A DNA stretch of 64,000 nt from an uncultured Candidatus Binatia bacterium (GCA_964524885.1 CAZGEJ010000016.1:28629-92628); one strand, 5' to 3'; counted from the first letter of the stretch, positions 1 to 9,771 are shown. The notes: generated by a model from the sequence alone, not told the origin. Translations and numbers: made by a program.

Positions 1-295
1 GATCGGCAACGAGGCCTACATCCAGCAATTGGTGGCGGACGGCTTCATCGTGCGCACGCGCGCCGACGAGCCGACGCGGCACGCGCGCCAGAACGACACC
101 AGCATGCGCGAAGCCGCGCTCGCCAGCTCGGCGCATTTCATCAGCACCGACTACCCCGTGCCCGACCCTGACTTCGGCACCGGCTACATGGTCGAGATCC
201 CCGGCGGCACCCCCGCCGGCTGCAACCCCGTGAGCGCCCCCCCGGAGTGCACCAGCCTCGACATCGAGGATCCCGCCCTGCTGGGAGGATTCTGA
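1..295 (+). CDS. C-terminal fragment of a Ca2+-dependent phosphoinositide-specific phospholipase C-like protein (5' truncated by the window)
   Basis: Frame is open from position 2 (IGNEAYIQQLVADGFIVRTRAD...AHFISTDYP). These motifs resemble the bacterial PI-PLC-C1 family C-terminus. Confidence 0.65.
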   Translation, partial: IGNEAYIQQLVADGFIVRTRADEPTRHARQNDTSMREAALASSAHFISTDYPVPDPDFGTGYMVEIPGGTPAGCNPVSAPPECTSLDIEDPALLGGF

Positions 296-626
296 AGGAG
301 AATCCCCCGACTGGAACCGAAGCGAGTCCGCGTCTCGCCAGCACCGTTCGCGAGGACCGGGGTTCGGTTGGCCAACGCCTTACCGCCACACTCCCCTGCA
401 CCGCTCGATAGCGCGGCGAACGCTCTCTCCATCCCACGGAGTGTGCGTCCGTCACGGAAAACCTGAGCGTTCTGGGCAGCCCATCGCCGGCCCCAGCAAC
501 AGCACCGCATTCGCCTGTTGACACATGAACGCGCTTTGAGTGAAAAGCGCGCACGGATAGCAACAATGGATCGGGCTTAGCTTCCCGCAAGGCTGCCAAG
601 CCGCTTCTTTTACCTGGAGTTGACGA

Positions 627-1049
627 ATGCAACGTCTTCCAATCGGTTGCTGCGCTGTGGTGGGTATGCTCGTGCTGGCGCTTTCCCGCTCCGCCCTTGC
701 CTATTGCGAGCGCGACCCCTGCCGTCACCCCAATCCTCCGCCCGAAATCCTTGAGGCAACGAAGGACGAGTCATCCTACGAGGCGGGCGTCGCGGACAGT
801 CTACGGGCCGCCCTCGACCAACGATGCTGCCGCGGCGGTGTCTTTTGTCGCTGCGACGAAAGCCGGCCGAATCACCACCCTCCGGCGCCCTCGTGGCGCT
901 ACAATTCGGAATACCTGTTCGCCGTAAGCAAGGTCGTGCGCGACGAATGTCCGATTGCCGCCGCATGTATTCCATTGGTTCCATTGGCCTTGGGCGCCGA
1001 CATCGCCACGCTGCCGATCACAGCCATGTTCGGTCTCGTCGGACGCTGA
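627..1049 (+). CDS. Secreted Cys-rich hypothetical protein, weakly YceK/YidQ-like at the C-terminus
   Basis: Signal-peptide-like N-terminus, GGAG RBS before a TTG-less ATG, and C-terminal PLALGADIATLPIT. Confidence 0.5.
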   Translation: MQRLPIGCCAVVGMLVLALSRSALAYCERDPCRHPNPPPEILEATKDESSYEAGVADSLRAALDQRCCRGGVFCRCDESRPNHHPPAPSWRYNSEYLFAVSKVVRDECPIAAACIPLVPLALGADIATLPITAMFGLVGR

Positions 1050-1071
1050 GGATCGAGTCGAGGGGGAGATC

Positions 1072-2208
1072 ATGACAAACGAAATTCGTCGTATTTTGGC
1101 GTTCGGATGCGTGGGTGGGTTCTTAGCCACGCTCGCTGGGTGCGCGACACATCGGTTCGGGGAAGGCCGGGTTCTCGTCACCGATGCGGGGGAACGGCTC
1201 GCCATCGTTGCGCCGATCAACCTCGACGAGGACAACCGGATCGTTCCGCGGCAGGTCGTATGCCTCGAACCAAGCCCCGACGTGGCAAAGGCGGTGTCCG
1301 AGGCTCTATCCGCCAGCAGTGCCACGACGATCAAAGCCCAGGGCGCGGACGTGCCGGTCACCATGGATCTCGAGCAGGTGATGGCCTTGTCGAGCACGCG
1401 TGTCGAGGCAGTGGCTCAACTGACCGAACGATTGGCCACTATCCAATTGCTGCGCGACGCCCAGTACCGGGCTTGCGAGGCTTACGCCAACGGGGCCATT
1501 TCGGATGTCCTGTACGGTGTGCTCATCAGCCGCTTCGACGACACCATGGTCACCCTGCTGCTGGGTGAACTCGCGGCGGGCAACTTCGGTCGCTCGCTCG
1601 CGTCCGTCGGGGGCAAGGCTACGGGTTCGGCGTCGGCCCGCAAGGGCGCAGCGCGAGCGCTGGAGGACCTCATGGACAAGGAGAAAGAACTCGAGACAGC
1701 CGAGGAGAAGCTGAAAGACGAGAAGGACGCGCAGTCGAAGCTGGCCGCCGATGCAGAGGAGGGCGACAAGACCGCTGCGGCCGAGAAGGTGGGCGCGGCA
1801 CAGAAGGAGGTGGACGACGCGCGTGAGGCGGTCGAAACCGCGCGGAACAACGCTCTCGGGCTCATGAATGCCGCCGTCGCAGCGGAGGCGAGCGCAACCG
1901 CGGTCGGCGCAGGAGCCTTGGATTCCGTGACACGGGGGGGCGAAGCGGTCGCCAATGTCCTCGCGGCAATGCAGAGAACGTATCTGCACGACATCAATGC
2001 CGACCCTCAGATCGTCGCTTGCATCATGGCCCTCAGTTCGAAGCGCAAACTGGGAGGCGGTATCGAAGACCAGCAGGCTCGCGCTCGCTGCATGAAGGAA
2101 TTGGAGAGGTTGAGCATGCGTTCGCTCGATCTGCTCGAAGCCAAGATCTGCAAGGATGCGCAGGGTTGCGACATTGAGCATTCTGGAGAAGACGAAGACC
2201 TGAAGTGA
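1072..2208 (+). CDS. Hypothetical lipoprotein with a central coiled-coil
   Basis: GGGGGAG RBS before ATG 1072, lipobox LAGC, and an E/K/A-rich helical segment. Confidence 0.75.
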   Translation: MTNEIRRILAFGCVGGFLATLAGCATHRFGEGRVLVTDAGERLAIVAPINLDEDNRIVPRQVVCLEPSPDVAKAVSEALSASSATTIKAQGADVPVTMDLEQVMALSSTRVEAVAQLTERLATIQLLRDAQYRACEAYANGAISDVLYGVLISRFDDTMVTLLLGELAAGNFGRSLASVGGKATGSASARKGAARALEDLMDKEKELETAEEKLKDEKDAQSKLAADAEEGDKTAAAEKVGAAQKEVDDAREAVETARNNALGLMNAAVAAEASATAVGAGALDSVTRGGEAVANVLAAMQRTYLHDINADPQIVACIMALSSKRKLGGGIEDQQARARCMKELERLSMRSLDLLEAKICKDAQGCDIEHSGEDEDLK

Positions 2209-2960
2209 TAAGCCAAGCACCAATCCCATGCCCGACGATCACACGTAGCAACCGCCACGATCGAACGCAGAAGAGGAACGGCAGCACGAGTTCCGCATCG
2301 CGCACGCCCTGTAGGCAGGCGTTTCGCTCGCCACCGACGCGATCCGCAGTCTCTACTCCGATTCCCTGCCGGTCGCGTACCAAGGCGCTCAACTTGGTAC
2401 GCGACCGGCTGCTCAAAGTGTGGTGACGACGTCTGCGAAAGTGGCGAAGCCAACGCTCGCGCCGTCATCGAACGCACCTGGGACGTCCTCGACCCCAGCA
2501 ATCTCTGCTGGGAGCCGTTGAATCGATCGGTCGCAGCCGGCAGCGACGAGGATTTTTCGATAGCACTTCGATTGCCTGCACGTCGCGTGCGTACCCTCCC
2601 GCAGGGCAGGCTCCCTCGGGGCTTGAAGATCGTCCGTCCAATCGCCGACACCCGGGCTTGGTGCAGGAGCGGGGGCTTCGCCGACCACCACGCCGGCCGA
2701 AGGGCCGCGGCCCGGTGGCGGCACAAAACGTGGCCCCGCATCGCGCGCGACGGCGCCCCTCCTTCGGGGCCTCCAGGCTCCAGAGCTGCGGCCAGGCAGC
2801 ACCTGAACCGGCCACAGTGCCCCTAATTGGGTCGCGCCCCCGTCCTGGTTGGCTCGCTCGGCACAAAGGTTGGCCGGTGGGGCCAAGCGCGGCGGGGGCC
2901 GACGCATTATTTTCGCTTCACGGAAGCGATGGGGCTTTCGCTCACGCTGAGGAGGGAATC

Positions 2961-3659
2961 ATGTCGTTCGTTCGTCGATCGCTCGTGTTCGTCACCCTGG
3001 TGTCTCTGTCTGGGCCCGCCGCGGCTGCTTCGTGTCAGGTCAGCCGGGCGCGCGTGGTGCAGAAGTTCGAGGCCTGTGTCACCAAATGGCGCGTCGCCTG
3101 CTTCGACGACAAGGCCTCGTGCAACAACGAAAACCTCTCCAAGTGCGGCGTCACCCTCGCCTCCAAGTGGGCCAAGCTCGCCAAACTCGACTTCGGACCG
3201 TGTGCCGGCGAACGCTGGGTCGACAACGGCGACGGCAGCGTCACGGACAAACTCACCGACCTCGTCTGGGAACAGAAGACCGACGACGGCTCGGTGCACG
3301 ACATCGACAACCGCTACACCGAGTCGACCGGCACCCCTTACTCCGGCAATGGCACGGTCTACAGCGACTCCTTGCGCCAGCTCAACGCCGGCGCCGGCTT
3401 CGCCGGCAGCAACGCTTGGCGCCTGCCGAGCCTCGCCGAACTCACCTCTCTGCTCGAACGGCCTCACCCCTGCACCGATGCGCCGTGTTTCCCCCCCGCC
3501 CTCGCCGTCCATTCCGACTCCGTCGCCTACATGACCACGACACTGACCGACTCGCTCGGTAAGAACGGCCTGTGGACCCTGTACCCAGTCGACGCCACGG
3601 CCGCCGGCAACTTCCAGACCAGCACGCTGGGCGCCGTCGCCGTGCACGGAGGGCACTGA
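2961..3659 (+). CDS. Secreted DUF1566 (Lcl C-terminal domain) protein
   Basis: GAGGAGG RBS, signal peptide, and DNGDGSVTDKLTDLVWEQ plus WRLPSLAEL motifs typical of DUF1566. Confidence 0.8.
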   Translation: MSFVRRSLVFVTLVSLSGPAAAASCQVSRARVVQKFEACVTKWRVACFDDKASCNNENLSKCGVTLASKWAKLAKLDFGPCAGERWVDNGDGSVTDKLTDLVWEQKTDDGSVHDIDNRYTESTGTPYSGNGTVYSDSLRQLNAGAGFAGSNAWRLPSLAELTSLLERPHPCTDAPCFPPALAVHSDSVAYMTTTLTDSLGKNGLWTLYPVDATAAGNFQTSTLGAVAVHGGH

Positions 3660-3672
3660 CCGCCCTCCCCGG

Positions 3673-3723
3673 CACCCGGACCCGGCCGCCGCACCCCAGT
3701 TGCGCGCCGGCCGGGTCCGGGTG
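3673..3723 (+). terminator. GC-rich hairpin (16-bp perfect stem) after the DUF1566 gene
   Basis: cacccggacccggccg / cggccgggtccgggtg are exact inverted repeats; no U-tract follows. Confidence 0.5.
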
Positions 3724-3738
3724 TAACCAAGGCACTCC

Positions 3739-4446
3739 ATGAGCGTGCCTCTGTCCCCGCCCGATCTCGCCAACGCCGTCACCTCGTTCTGCACTATCGG
3801 TGCCGGTGTCGTGACCCTGCTGCTCTGCCGTTACGTCGGTGCCCAGCCCGACCGCTGGCTGCGCGCCTATCTCTGCATCTTCATCACCGGCATCCCGACC
3901 CTCGGCTGGCACGGCTGGGGCGGCGAGGCCTGGCGCGTCGCCGACATCGGCACCAACCTGCTGCTCGCCTACGTGCTGCAACTCGCCGTGCTCGGCGACT
4001 ACTACGGCACCGCCTTCCGCCGCCGCTTCACCCTCGTCTCGACCGTCGTCAACGGGCTCGGCATCCTTTGGCTGATCCGCGAAGGGTTGCAGGGCGGTGC
4101 GACCAGTGCACTCCGCCTCGGCGAAGGCGCCAGCTTCCAGATCGGCGAGCTGGTCCTCATCCTCGACGCCTTCGCCATCACCGGACTCTTCTACGCCCGC
4201 CGCCAAACCATCCCGGCCGCCGCCGCGCCGCTGTTGCGCTTGGTCGTCGCCTGCTTCCTCGTCGGCCTGTGGCTCGCCACCGCCGAAGGCAACGTCGTCG
4301 ACGGTCGCATCTGGTCGTATCACGCGCTGTGGCACGTCCTCGGCGCCTTCGGCTTCATCTTCCTCTGGGCCTTCAATCACGTACGCGTCCAAGAGGAAGA
4401 AAGGGCCAAGGGCCAAGGTACAAGGGCCAAGAGCCCGCCCCACTGA
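3739..4446 (+). CDS. CREST-superfamily (alkaline ceramidase-like) multi-TM hydrolase
   Basis: About 7 hydrophobic segments, with NAVTS, TLGWH (S/TxxxH), a conserved D in RVAD, and HALWH (HxxWH) metal-binding motifs. Confidence 0.65.
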   Translation: MSVPLSPPDLANAVTSFCTIGAGVVTLLLCRYVGAQPDRWLRAYLCIFITGIPTLGWHGWGGEAWRVADIGTNLLLAYVLQLAVLGDYYGTAFRRRFTLVSTVVNGLGILWLIREGLQGGATSALRLGEGASFQIGELVLILDAFAITGLFYARRQTIPAAAAPLLRLVVACFLVGLWLATAEGNVVDGRIWSYHALWHVLGAFGFIFLWAFNHVRVQEEERAKGQGTRAKSPPH

Positions 4447-4500
4447 CACAGTCATCGATCCGCATCTTGGCCCTTGGCCCTCAAACCTTGGTCCTAGACC
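4401..4500. repeat. Heptamer-built inverted repeat: (AAGGGCC)x5 ... (TTGGCCC)x4, with variant units
   Basis: Read directly at 4401-4435 and 4467-4494; a second copy lies at 58082-58201. Confidence 0.85.
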
Positions 4501-4517
4501 AACTTGGAGTCGTTTCC

Positions 4518-5963
4518 ATGAAGACCATCCCCGACCACGGCTGGAGTTCGCAAGACATCTTCGCCTCCCTCGAAGCATTCCGCGCCGACGACATGCCGTG
4601 GCGCGAAGGACGCACCTGGGCCTACATCTACGATCCGGGCGCCGAGGCCGAGAGCGTGATCAAGCAGGCCTACACCATGTACATGACGGAAAACGGCCTC
4701 GACCCGACCGTGTTTCCGTCGACCTTGCGCATGGAAACCGAACTCGTCGCCATGGGCGCGGCACACCTCGGGGGTGACGCAAACGTCGTCGGCAACTTCA
4801 CCAGCGGCGGCACCGAAAGCATCATGTGCGCCGTCAAGGCGGCACGCGACTGGGCCCGCGCCCACAAGCCGCACATCAAGGAACCCGAGATCCTGCTGCC
4901 GTCGACGGCACACGCCGCCTTCCAAAAGGCGGCTCACTACCTCTGCCTCAAGGTCGTCGTCGCGCCCGTCGATCCGGTGACCTTCCGCGCCGACCCCGAG
5001 GCCATGCGCCAGGCGATCACCCCCAACACCATCCTCATGGTCGGCTCGGCCATCTCCTATGCCCACGGCGTCGTCGACCCGATTCGCGAACTCGGCGCCC
5101 TCGCCCTCGAACACGGCATCCTGCTGCACGTCGACGGCTGCATGGGCGGCTTCCTGCTGCCGTACTTCAAACGGCTCGGACGCGACATTCCCGACTTCGA
5201 CTTCTCCGTCCCGGGCGTCACCTCGATGTCGATGGACTTCCACAAGTACGCCTTCGCCGCCAAGGGCGCCTCGGTCGTCCTCTACCGCAGCAAGGAATTG
5301 CGCCGCTACCAGATCTACGCCTGCTCCAACTGGACCGGCTACACGATCATCAACCCCACCGTGCAGAGCACCAAGTCGGCCGGCCCACTCGCCGCCGCCT
5401 GGGCCGTGCTGCACTTCTTCGGCGAGGCGGGCTACCTGGAGATCGCCCGGCAAGTGCTCGATGCGACCCGACGCATCGCCGACGCCATCGACCGCATGGA
5501 CGACTTGCGCCTGCTCGGGCGCCCCGACATGAACCTCGTCGCCTTCACCTCCGACACCGTCAGTGTCTTCCACGTCATCGACGAGATGAAGGCGCGTGGC
5601 TGGTACGTGCAGCCGCAGCTCTCCTACCAGAACTCGAAAGAGAACATTCACCTGTCGATCAACCCGGCGAGCGTCCGCTGGATCGACCCGATGCTCGCCG
5701 ACCTCGAGACCTGCGTCGCCGTCGCCAAGACGATGAAGTCGGGCGAACTCGCTGCCGCCGTGAAGGAGATGTTCGGCTCGATCGACGCGGACACGCTGAC
5801 ACCCGACAAGTTCGGCGAGATGCTCGGCATGGCCGGCATTCAGGGATCGACGCTGCCGTCGCGCATGGCGGAGATCAACGAGGTGCTCAACGCGCTGCCG
5901 GTCAAGATCCGGGAGAAGCTGATGACGGAGTACCTCAACGATCTCTACCAGACGCGCGCCTGA
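4518..5963 (+). CDS. PLP-dependent group II decarboxylase family, sphingosine-1-phosphate-lyase-like
   Basis: TSGGTESI, HVDGCMGGF and MDFHKY (PLP lysine) motifs; GGAG RBS before ATG 4518. Confidence 0.85.
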   Translation: MKTIPDHGWSSQDIFASLEAFRADDMPWREGRTWAYIYDPGAEAESVIKQAYTMYMTENGLDPTVFPSTLRMETELVAMGAAHLGGDANVVGNFTSGGTESIMCAVKAARDWARAHKPHIKEPEILLPSTAHAAFQKAAHYLCLKVVVAPVDPVTFRADPEAMRQAITPNTILMVGSAISYAHGVVDPIRELGALALEHGILLHVDGCMGGFLLPYFKRLGRDIPDFDFSVPGVTSMSMDFHKYAFAAKGASVVLYRSKELRRYQIYACSNWTGYTIINPTVQSTKSAGPLAAAWAVLHFFGEAGYLEIARQVLDATRRIADAIDRMDDLRLLGRPDMNLVAFTSDTVSVFHVIDEMKARGWYVQPQLSYQNSKENIHLSINPASVRWIDPMLADLETCVAVAKTMKSGELAAAVKEMFGSIDADTLTPDKFGEMLGMAGIQGSTLPSRMAEINEVLNALPVKIREKLMTEYLNDLYQTRA

Positions 5964-6016
5964 GCGGTCGCCGCGGCGTTCCGGTGGATGAGGCGATTCT
6001 CCTCACGTAAGCGCGT

Positions 6017-8920
6017 GTGAATCGTCGTGCGTTGCAACGGCGGCCGCGGCGGCTGCGCCGCTGGTTCGTCGCCGCGATCCTTCTGCTCACCGGCGCCGCG
6101 GCAGCCTGGCGCTTCGTCGCGCAGTCACTGTCGGTCAACTCCCTCGTACCGTTCGTCGAACGAACCCTCGAGCGCGCCGCCCCCGGCGTCGACCTGGAGA
6201 TCGCCTCGATTTCCCTGCGCTGGGGCGGCTTCCGGCGTGGCGTCGACTTGGCGCTCGAAGGCATCGCCGTGCATACCGGCGGCGCCCGTCTCGATGTCGC
6301 CGAGGTCCTGCTCAAGCTGAGCCTGCGCGCCCTCTTGCACGGCCACCTGGCGCCAGCGCAGATCGAGGTGATCCACCCTACCGGCAAACTGGTACGCGAC
6401 GCCGACGGCAAGATCCGCCTCGTCGCGTTCGGCGCCGGCACCGAACGCCCGGTGCGCGGTCGGGTCTTCGAGGACCTCCTCCGCGACCTCGCCTCCGAGG
6501 GCGATCCGGCGCGCCCGCTGACCTTCCTCCGCTCGATTCGCTTGAGCGGCGCCGAAGTTGAACTCACCGACCTCGTCTACGGCGTCACCTGGAGCGCGAC
6601 GGGCATCGAACTCGATCTCTACCCCGCGGGCACCGACATCGCCGGCGAGCTACGCGCCGACGTGCACATCGAAGAACACACCAGCCATCTCGAAGGTCGC
6701 CTCACGTACGACGGACCGACACGCACCTTCGACGGCGCCCTCGCCTTGACCACGATCCCCGTCGAGGCGCTGCTCGCCCGCGTGCCTTGGCTGCATCAGC
6801 GGCTGCGGCTGCGCAGCGAAGCGGAGGCCGACGTCGGCTTGGCCATCGACCTCGATGGCACCTTGCACCACTTCGATGCCCATTTGAGCCTCTCGGGCGG
6901 GGAGTTGCAGGTTCCCGGCTGGCTCGATGACCCCGAGCCACTGCGGCCATCGAGCTTCGCTGCCGGGTTCGTCGGTGCCGGAGGCTGGCGCGTCGGACCG
7001 ATGGCGCTCGAACTCGGCCCTCCCGACACCGCCAAGCTGCGCATCGACCTCGATGGCAACGTCGCCAATCCCGACAAGGAGGGCGGGCGCGTCGCGCAGT
7101 TGCGCTTGCGCTTGCCGCGACTCGCCGTCGAGGACCTCGTGCGCTACTGGCCCACCGGCGCCATCGACGGCACGCGCAAATGGATCGACCAACACATCAC
7201 CGCGGGCCGCATCGAGGCGCTTGAAGCGCGCGCCGTACTGCGACAACGCCCGAGCGAACCCATCCGCGTCGAGCGCATCGCTGGCGAATTCGACCTGCGC
7301 GATCTCGACGTGCCCTGGCACGATCGCGCTCCCGCCGTCACCGACCTTTCCGGCCACGCCCGTTTCGACCGCACCGATTTGCGCATCGGCGTCGACACCG
7401 CCCGCGTGAAGGGCCTGGAGATCGCCGCCAGCTCGGTCGACCTGCTCCACCTGGACCGCAAGAACGGCGACCTGCAGATCCATCTCGAAGGCCGGGGACC
7501 AGCTTCGACCGCGATGGAGGCGATCGACCTGCACCTGCCCTCGTTCCTCGGCACGGCCGACTCGCGCGGCGAGTCGGAGAACTCGAACATCTCCTTCAAG
7601 GCCGACATCGGCTTCACCATGAAGAAGCGGGTCCGGCTACGGGACTTGACCCTCGACGTCGACGCCCAGGTCGATGCGGTGCGTCTCGACTCCGACCTCG
7701 GCGAGGGCCTGTTCTCGGGCCGCCTGCGCTTCGTCTCGCCCGGCTCGCCCCAACGGCTGCTCGGAGATGTCGACCTCGGCCGCGTCGCCTCGGGCCTCGC
7801 CGTGCTCGGCTGGAACAAGCCGGTGGGCAAGCCGGCGCGCGCGCAGTTCGAGCTGCTGCTCGACGACGGCAAGGTGCGTACGATCGAATCGTTCGACCTG
7901 CAAGCCGACGGGCTGAGCACGCGCGGCTCGGCGCGTTTTCATCAAGACGGCCGCGGATTGCAGACCCTCGACCTGCGCTCGCTGCGCAGCGGCCGCACCA
8001 ACGTGGATCAGGCACGCGTCACCTGGACCGACAACGGCCTGCAAGTCCACCTCGAAGGAGGTGACGTCGACCTCGTTCCCTTGCGGCAGCGGCCGACTTC
8101 CTTGGCGACACACCGCGACCGCCCGCGGCTCGACGTCGAAGCCAAGAAGATCGACCGCCTGTTTCTCAACGAAACCGGTTGGCTGGCGGACGTCTCCGGC
8201 TCGCTGCAACGGGAGGGCAAGGACTGGCAACGACTGCAGATCACCGCCGCCATCCCCGATGCTTTCGTTTCGGCTCGCGCCGCACGACAGCCCGCACTGC
8301 GCCTGTCGCTGTCGCCCTCGAAGTACGCCGGCCTCCTCGACTTGCGACTCACCTCCGAGGACTTCGGCGGCTTGCTGCGCGCCCTGCACTGGAGCGACGA
8401 CGTCGACGGCGGCAGTCTGATCGTGCAAGGAGCGGATGTCGGCCGTCAGTTCCAACGTGGTCGACTGAGCGTGCGAGCCAGCGATTTCCACGTCGGCGAC
8501 GCCCCCTGGGCCGTGCGCTTGCTGACTCTCGCCTCCCTCGAGACCATCGTCAACTTGATGCAGACGAGCGCGTTGCACTTCGAGGAACTCGAAGGCGACC
8601 TGGAATTACGCGATGACCTCTTGCTCGTGCACGACGTGCTCGGACACGGTTCCTCGCTCGGCTGGAGGGCCCACGGCTCGGTGAACCTCGCCGCGTCGAC
8701 GCTCGACCTCGGCGGCACCTTGATCCCGGCGTACACCGCCAACCGTCTGCTCAACGCCGTGCCGGTGCTGCGCGAAGTGCTCGTCGGCGAGGGCATCCTG
8801 TCCGTCGACTACCGCATCAACGGCACCCTGGCGGCTCCGGTCATCGATACCAATCCGATGAGCGCCATCACCCCGGAGGCATTGCGCGACATCTTCGACC
8901 CCGGCCGTCGCCGCCGCTGA
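6017..8920 (+). CDS. AsmA-like / YhdP (DUF3971) envelope-spanning protein
   Basis: Single N-terminal TM, long beta-rich body, and an AsmA-like C-terminus (GSVNLAASTLDLGGTLIPAYTANRLLNAVPVL...YRINGTLAAP). Confidence 0.75.
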   Translation: MNRRALQRRPRRLRRWFVAAILLLTGAAAAWRFVAQSLSVNSLVPFVERTLERAAPGVDLEIASISLRWGGFRRGVDLALEGIAVHTGGARLDVAEVLLKLSLRALLHGHLAPAQIEVIHPTGKLVRDADGKIRLVAFGAGTERPVRGRVFEDLLRDLASEGDPARPLTFLRSIRLSGAEVELTDLVYGVTWSATGIELDLYPAGTDIAGELRADVHIEEHTSHLEGRLTYDGPTRTFDGALALTTIPVEALLARVPWLHQRLRLRSEAEADVGLAIDLDGTLHHFDAHLSLSGGELQVPGWLDDPEPLRPSSFAAGFVGAGGWRVGPMALELGPPDTAKLRIDLDGNVANPDKEGGRVAQLRLRLPRLAVEDLVRYWPTGAIDGTRKWIDQHITAGRIEALEARAVLRQRPSEPIRVERIAGEFDLRDLDVPWHDRAPAVTDLSGHARFDRTDLRIGVDTARVKGLEIAASSVDLLHLDRKNGDLQIHLEGRGPASTAMEAIDLHLPSFLGTADSRGESENSNISFKADIGFTMKKRVRLRDLTLDVDAQVDAVRLDSDLGEGLFSGRLRFVSPGSPQRLLGDVDLGRVASGLAVLGWNKPVGKPARAQFELLLDDGKVRTIESFDLQADGLSTRGSARFHQDGRGLQTLDLRSLRSGRTNVDQARVTWTDNGLQVHLEGGDVDLVPLRQRPTSLATHRDRPRLDVEAKKIDRLFLNETGWLADVSGSLQREGKDWQRLQITAAIPDAFVSARAARQPALRLSLSPSKYAGLLDLRLTSEDFGGLLRALHWSDDVDGGSLIVQGADVGRQFQRGRLSVRASDFHVGDAPWAVRLLTLASLETIVNLMQTSALHFEELEGDLELRDDLLLVHDVLGHGSSLGWRAHGSVNLAASTLDLGGTLIPAYTANRLLNAVPVLREVLVGEGILSVDYRINGTLAAPVIDTNPMSAITPEALRDIFDPGRRRR

Positions 8921-8937
8921 GGCGCCGTGGCGCGGGG

Positions 8938-9771
8938 TCAGTAACGCAACGTGATCATCAGGTTCGCCTGATCGGGGCCGAAGTTCAGAGCCGAACCCAT
9001 CGTCTCGCTCGGCGCGTCGGGCGTCTGGTTGAGGAACTGCTTGCCGATGTAGCGATGCAGCGCCTCGACCGGGTCGATGAGCACCAGCAGTGCGTCGCGC
9101 CCCAGCGACCGACGCCATTGGGCGATTCGGCGCCGCAACTGATAGCGAATCTCCCCTTGTACGCTGCCGATGGGCGATGTCGTGACCAAGTCGATGGCGC
9201 TCGGCTGCTGGACCCATGCCTCGATCAGATACTCCCAAGCAAAGGAGACGCCGCTCGAGAAGAGGAAGCTCTCGATCGGGCCGTAGTCGCGGTTGCGCAC
9301 CGTCAGGTAGGCCTCGGCGCCCATGATGGGGTGGAGGATGTAGTTGGCGACGATGCCGTCGCCGTCGTCCCAATCCGGGGGCTCGGTCCAGGCGTCGGCG
9401 AAGCGGTCGGCGGAGATCGGCGCCACGTTGAAGGCCGACGGGTCGATCATGAACAGCGGAATCGTCAGGCTCAGCGCGGTCGCCCATTCGAGGCTGGGGA
9501 CCCAGAGATTGTGGCGCGCGGGGTCCGGCGGGCTCGCGAGCCAATCCGGCTCCGCCGGAGCCGCGTCCTCAGCCGGTGCCGGCTCGGCGGGTTGCTCCGC
9601 GCCGGCGTCGGGCGCGGCAATGATGTCGCTGGAGGCCGCGAACTGAAGTCCGGCCTGAGGCCGAATCCCGAACGTACCGGACCTCCCCGGAACGGCCGTA
9701 TCGACCGCATGACCCGGCATGACCCAGGCGAACACACCCACGACGACGGCGGCAATGCCACGAAAACTCAT
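8938..9771 (-). CDS. DUF3943-like secreted/membrane protein
   Basis: Signal peptide from MSFRG; WDDGD..NYILHPIMGAEAY..RNR, FAWEYLIEA and PSAIDL motifs. Confidence 0.6.
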   Translation of the reverse strand: MSFRGIAAVVVGVFAWVMPGHAVDTAVPGRSGTFGIRPQAGLQFAASSDIIAAPDAGAEQPAEPAPAEDAAPAEPDWLASPPDPARHNLWVPSLEWATALSLTIPLFMIDPSAFNVAPISADRFADAWTEPPDWDDGDGIVANYILHPIMGAEAYLTVRNRDYGPIESFLFSSGVSFAWEYLIEAWVQQPSAIDLVTTSPIGSVQGEIRYQLRRRIAQWRRSLGRDALLVLIDPVEALHRYIGKQFLNQTPDAPSETMGSALNFGPDQANLMITLRY

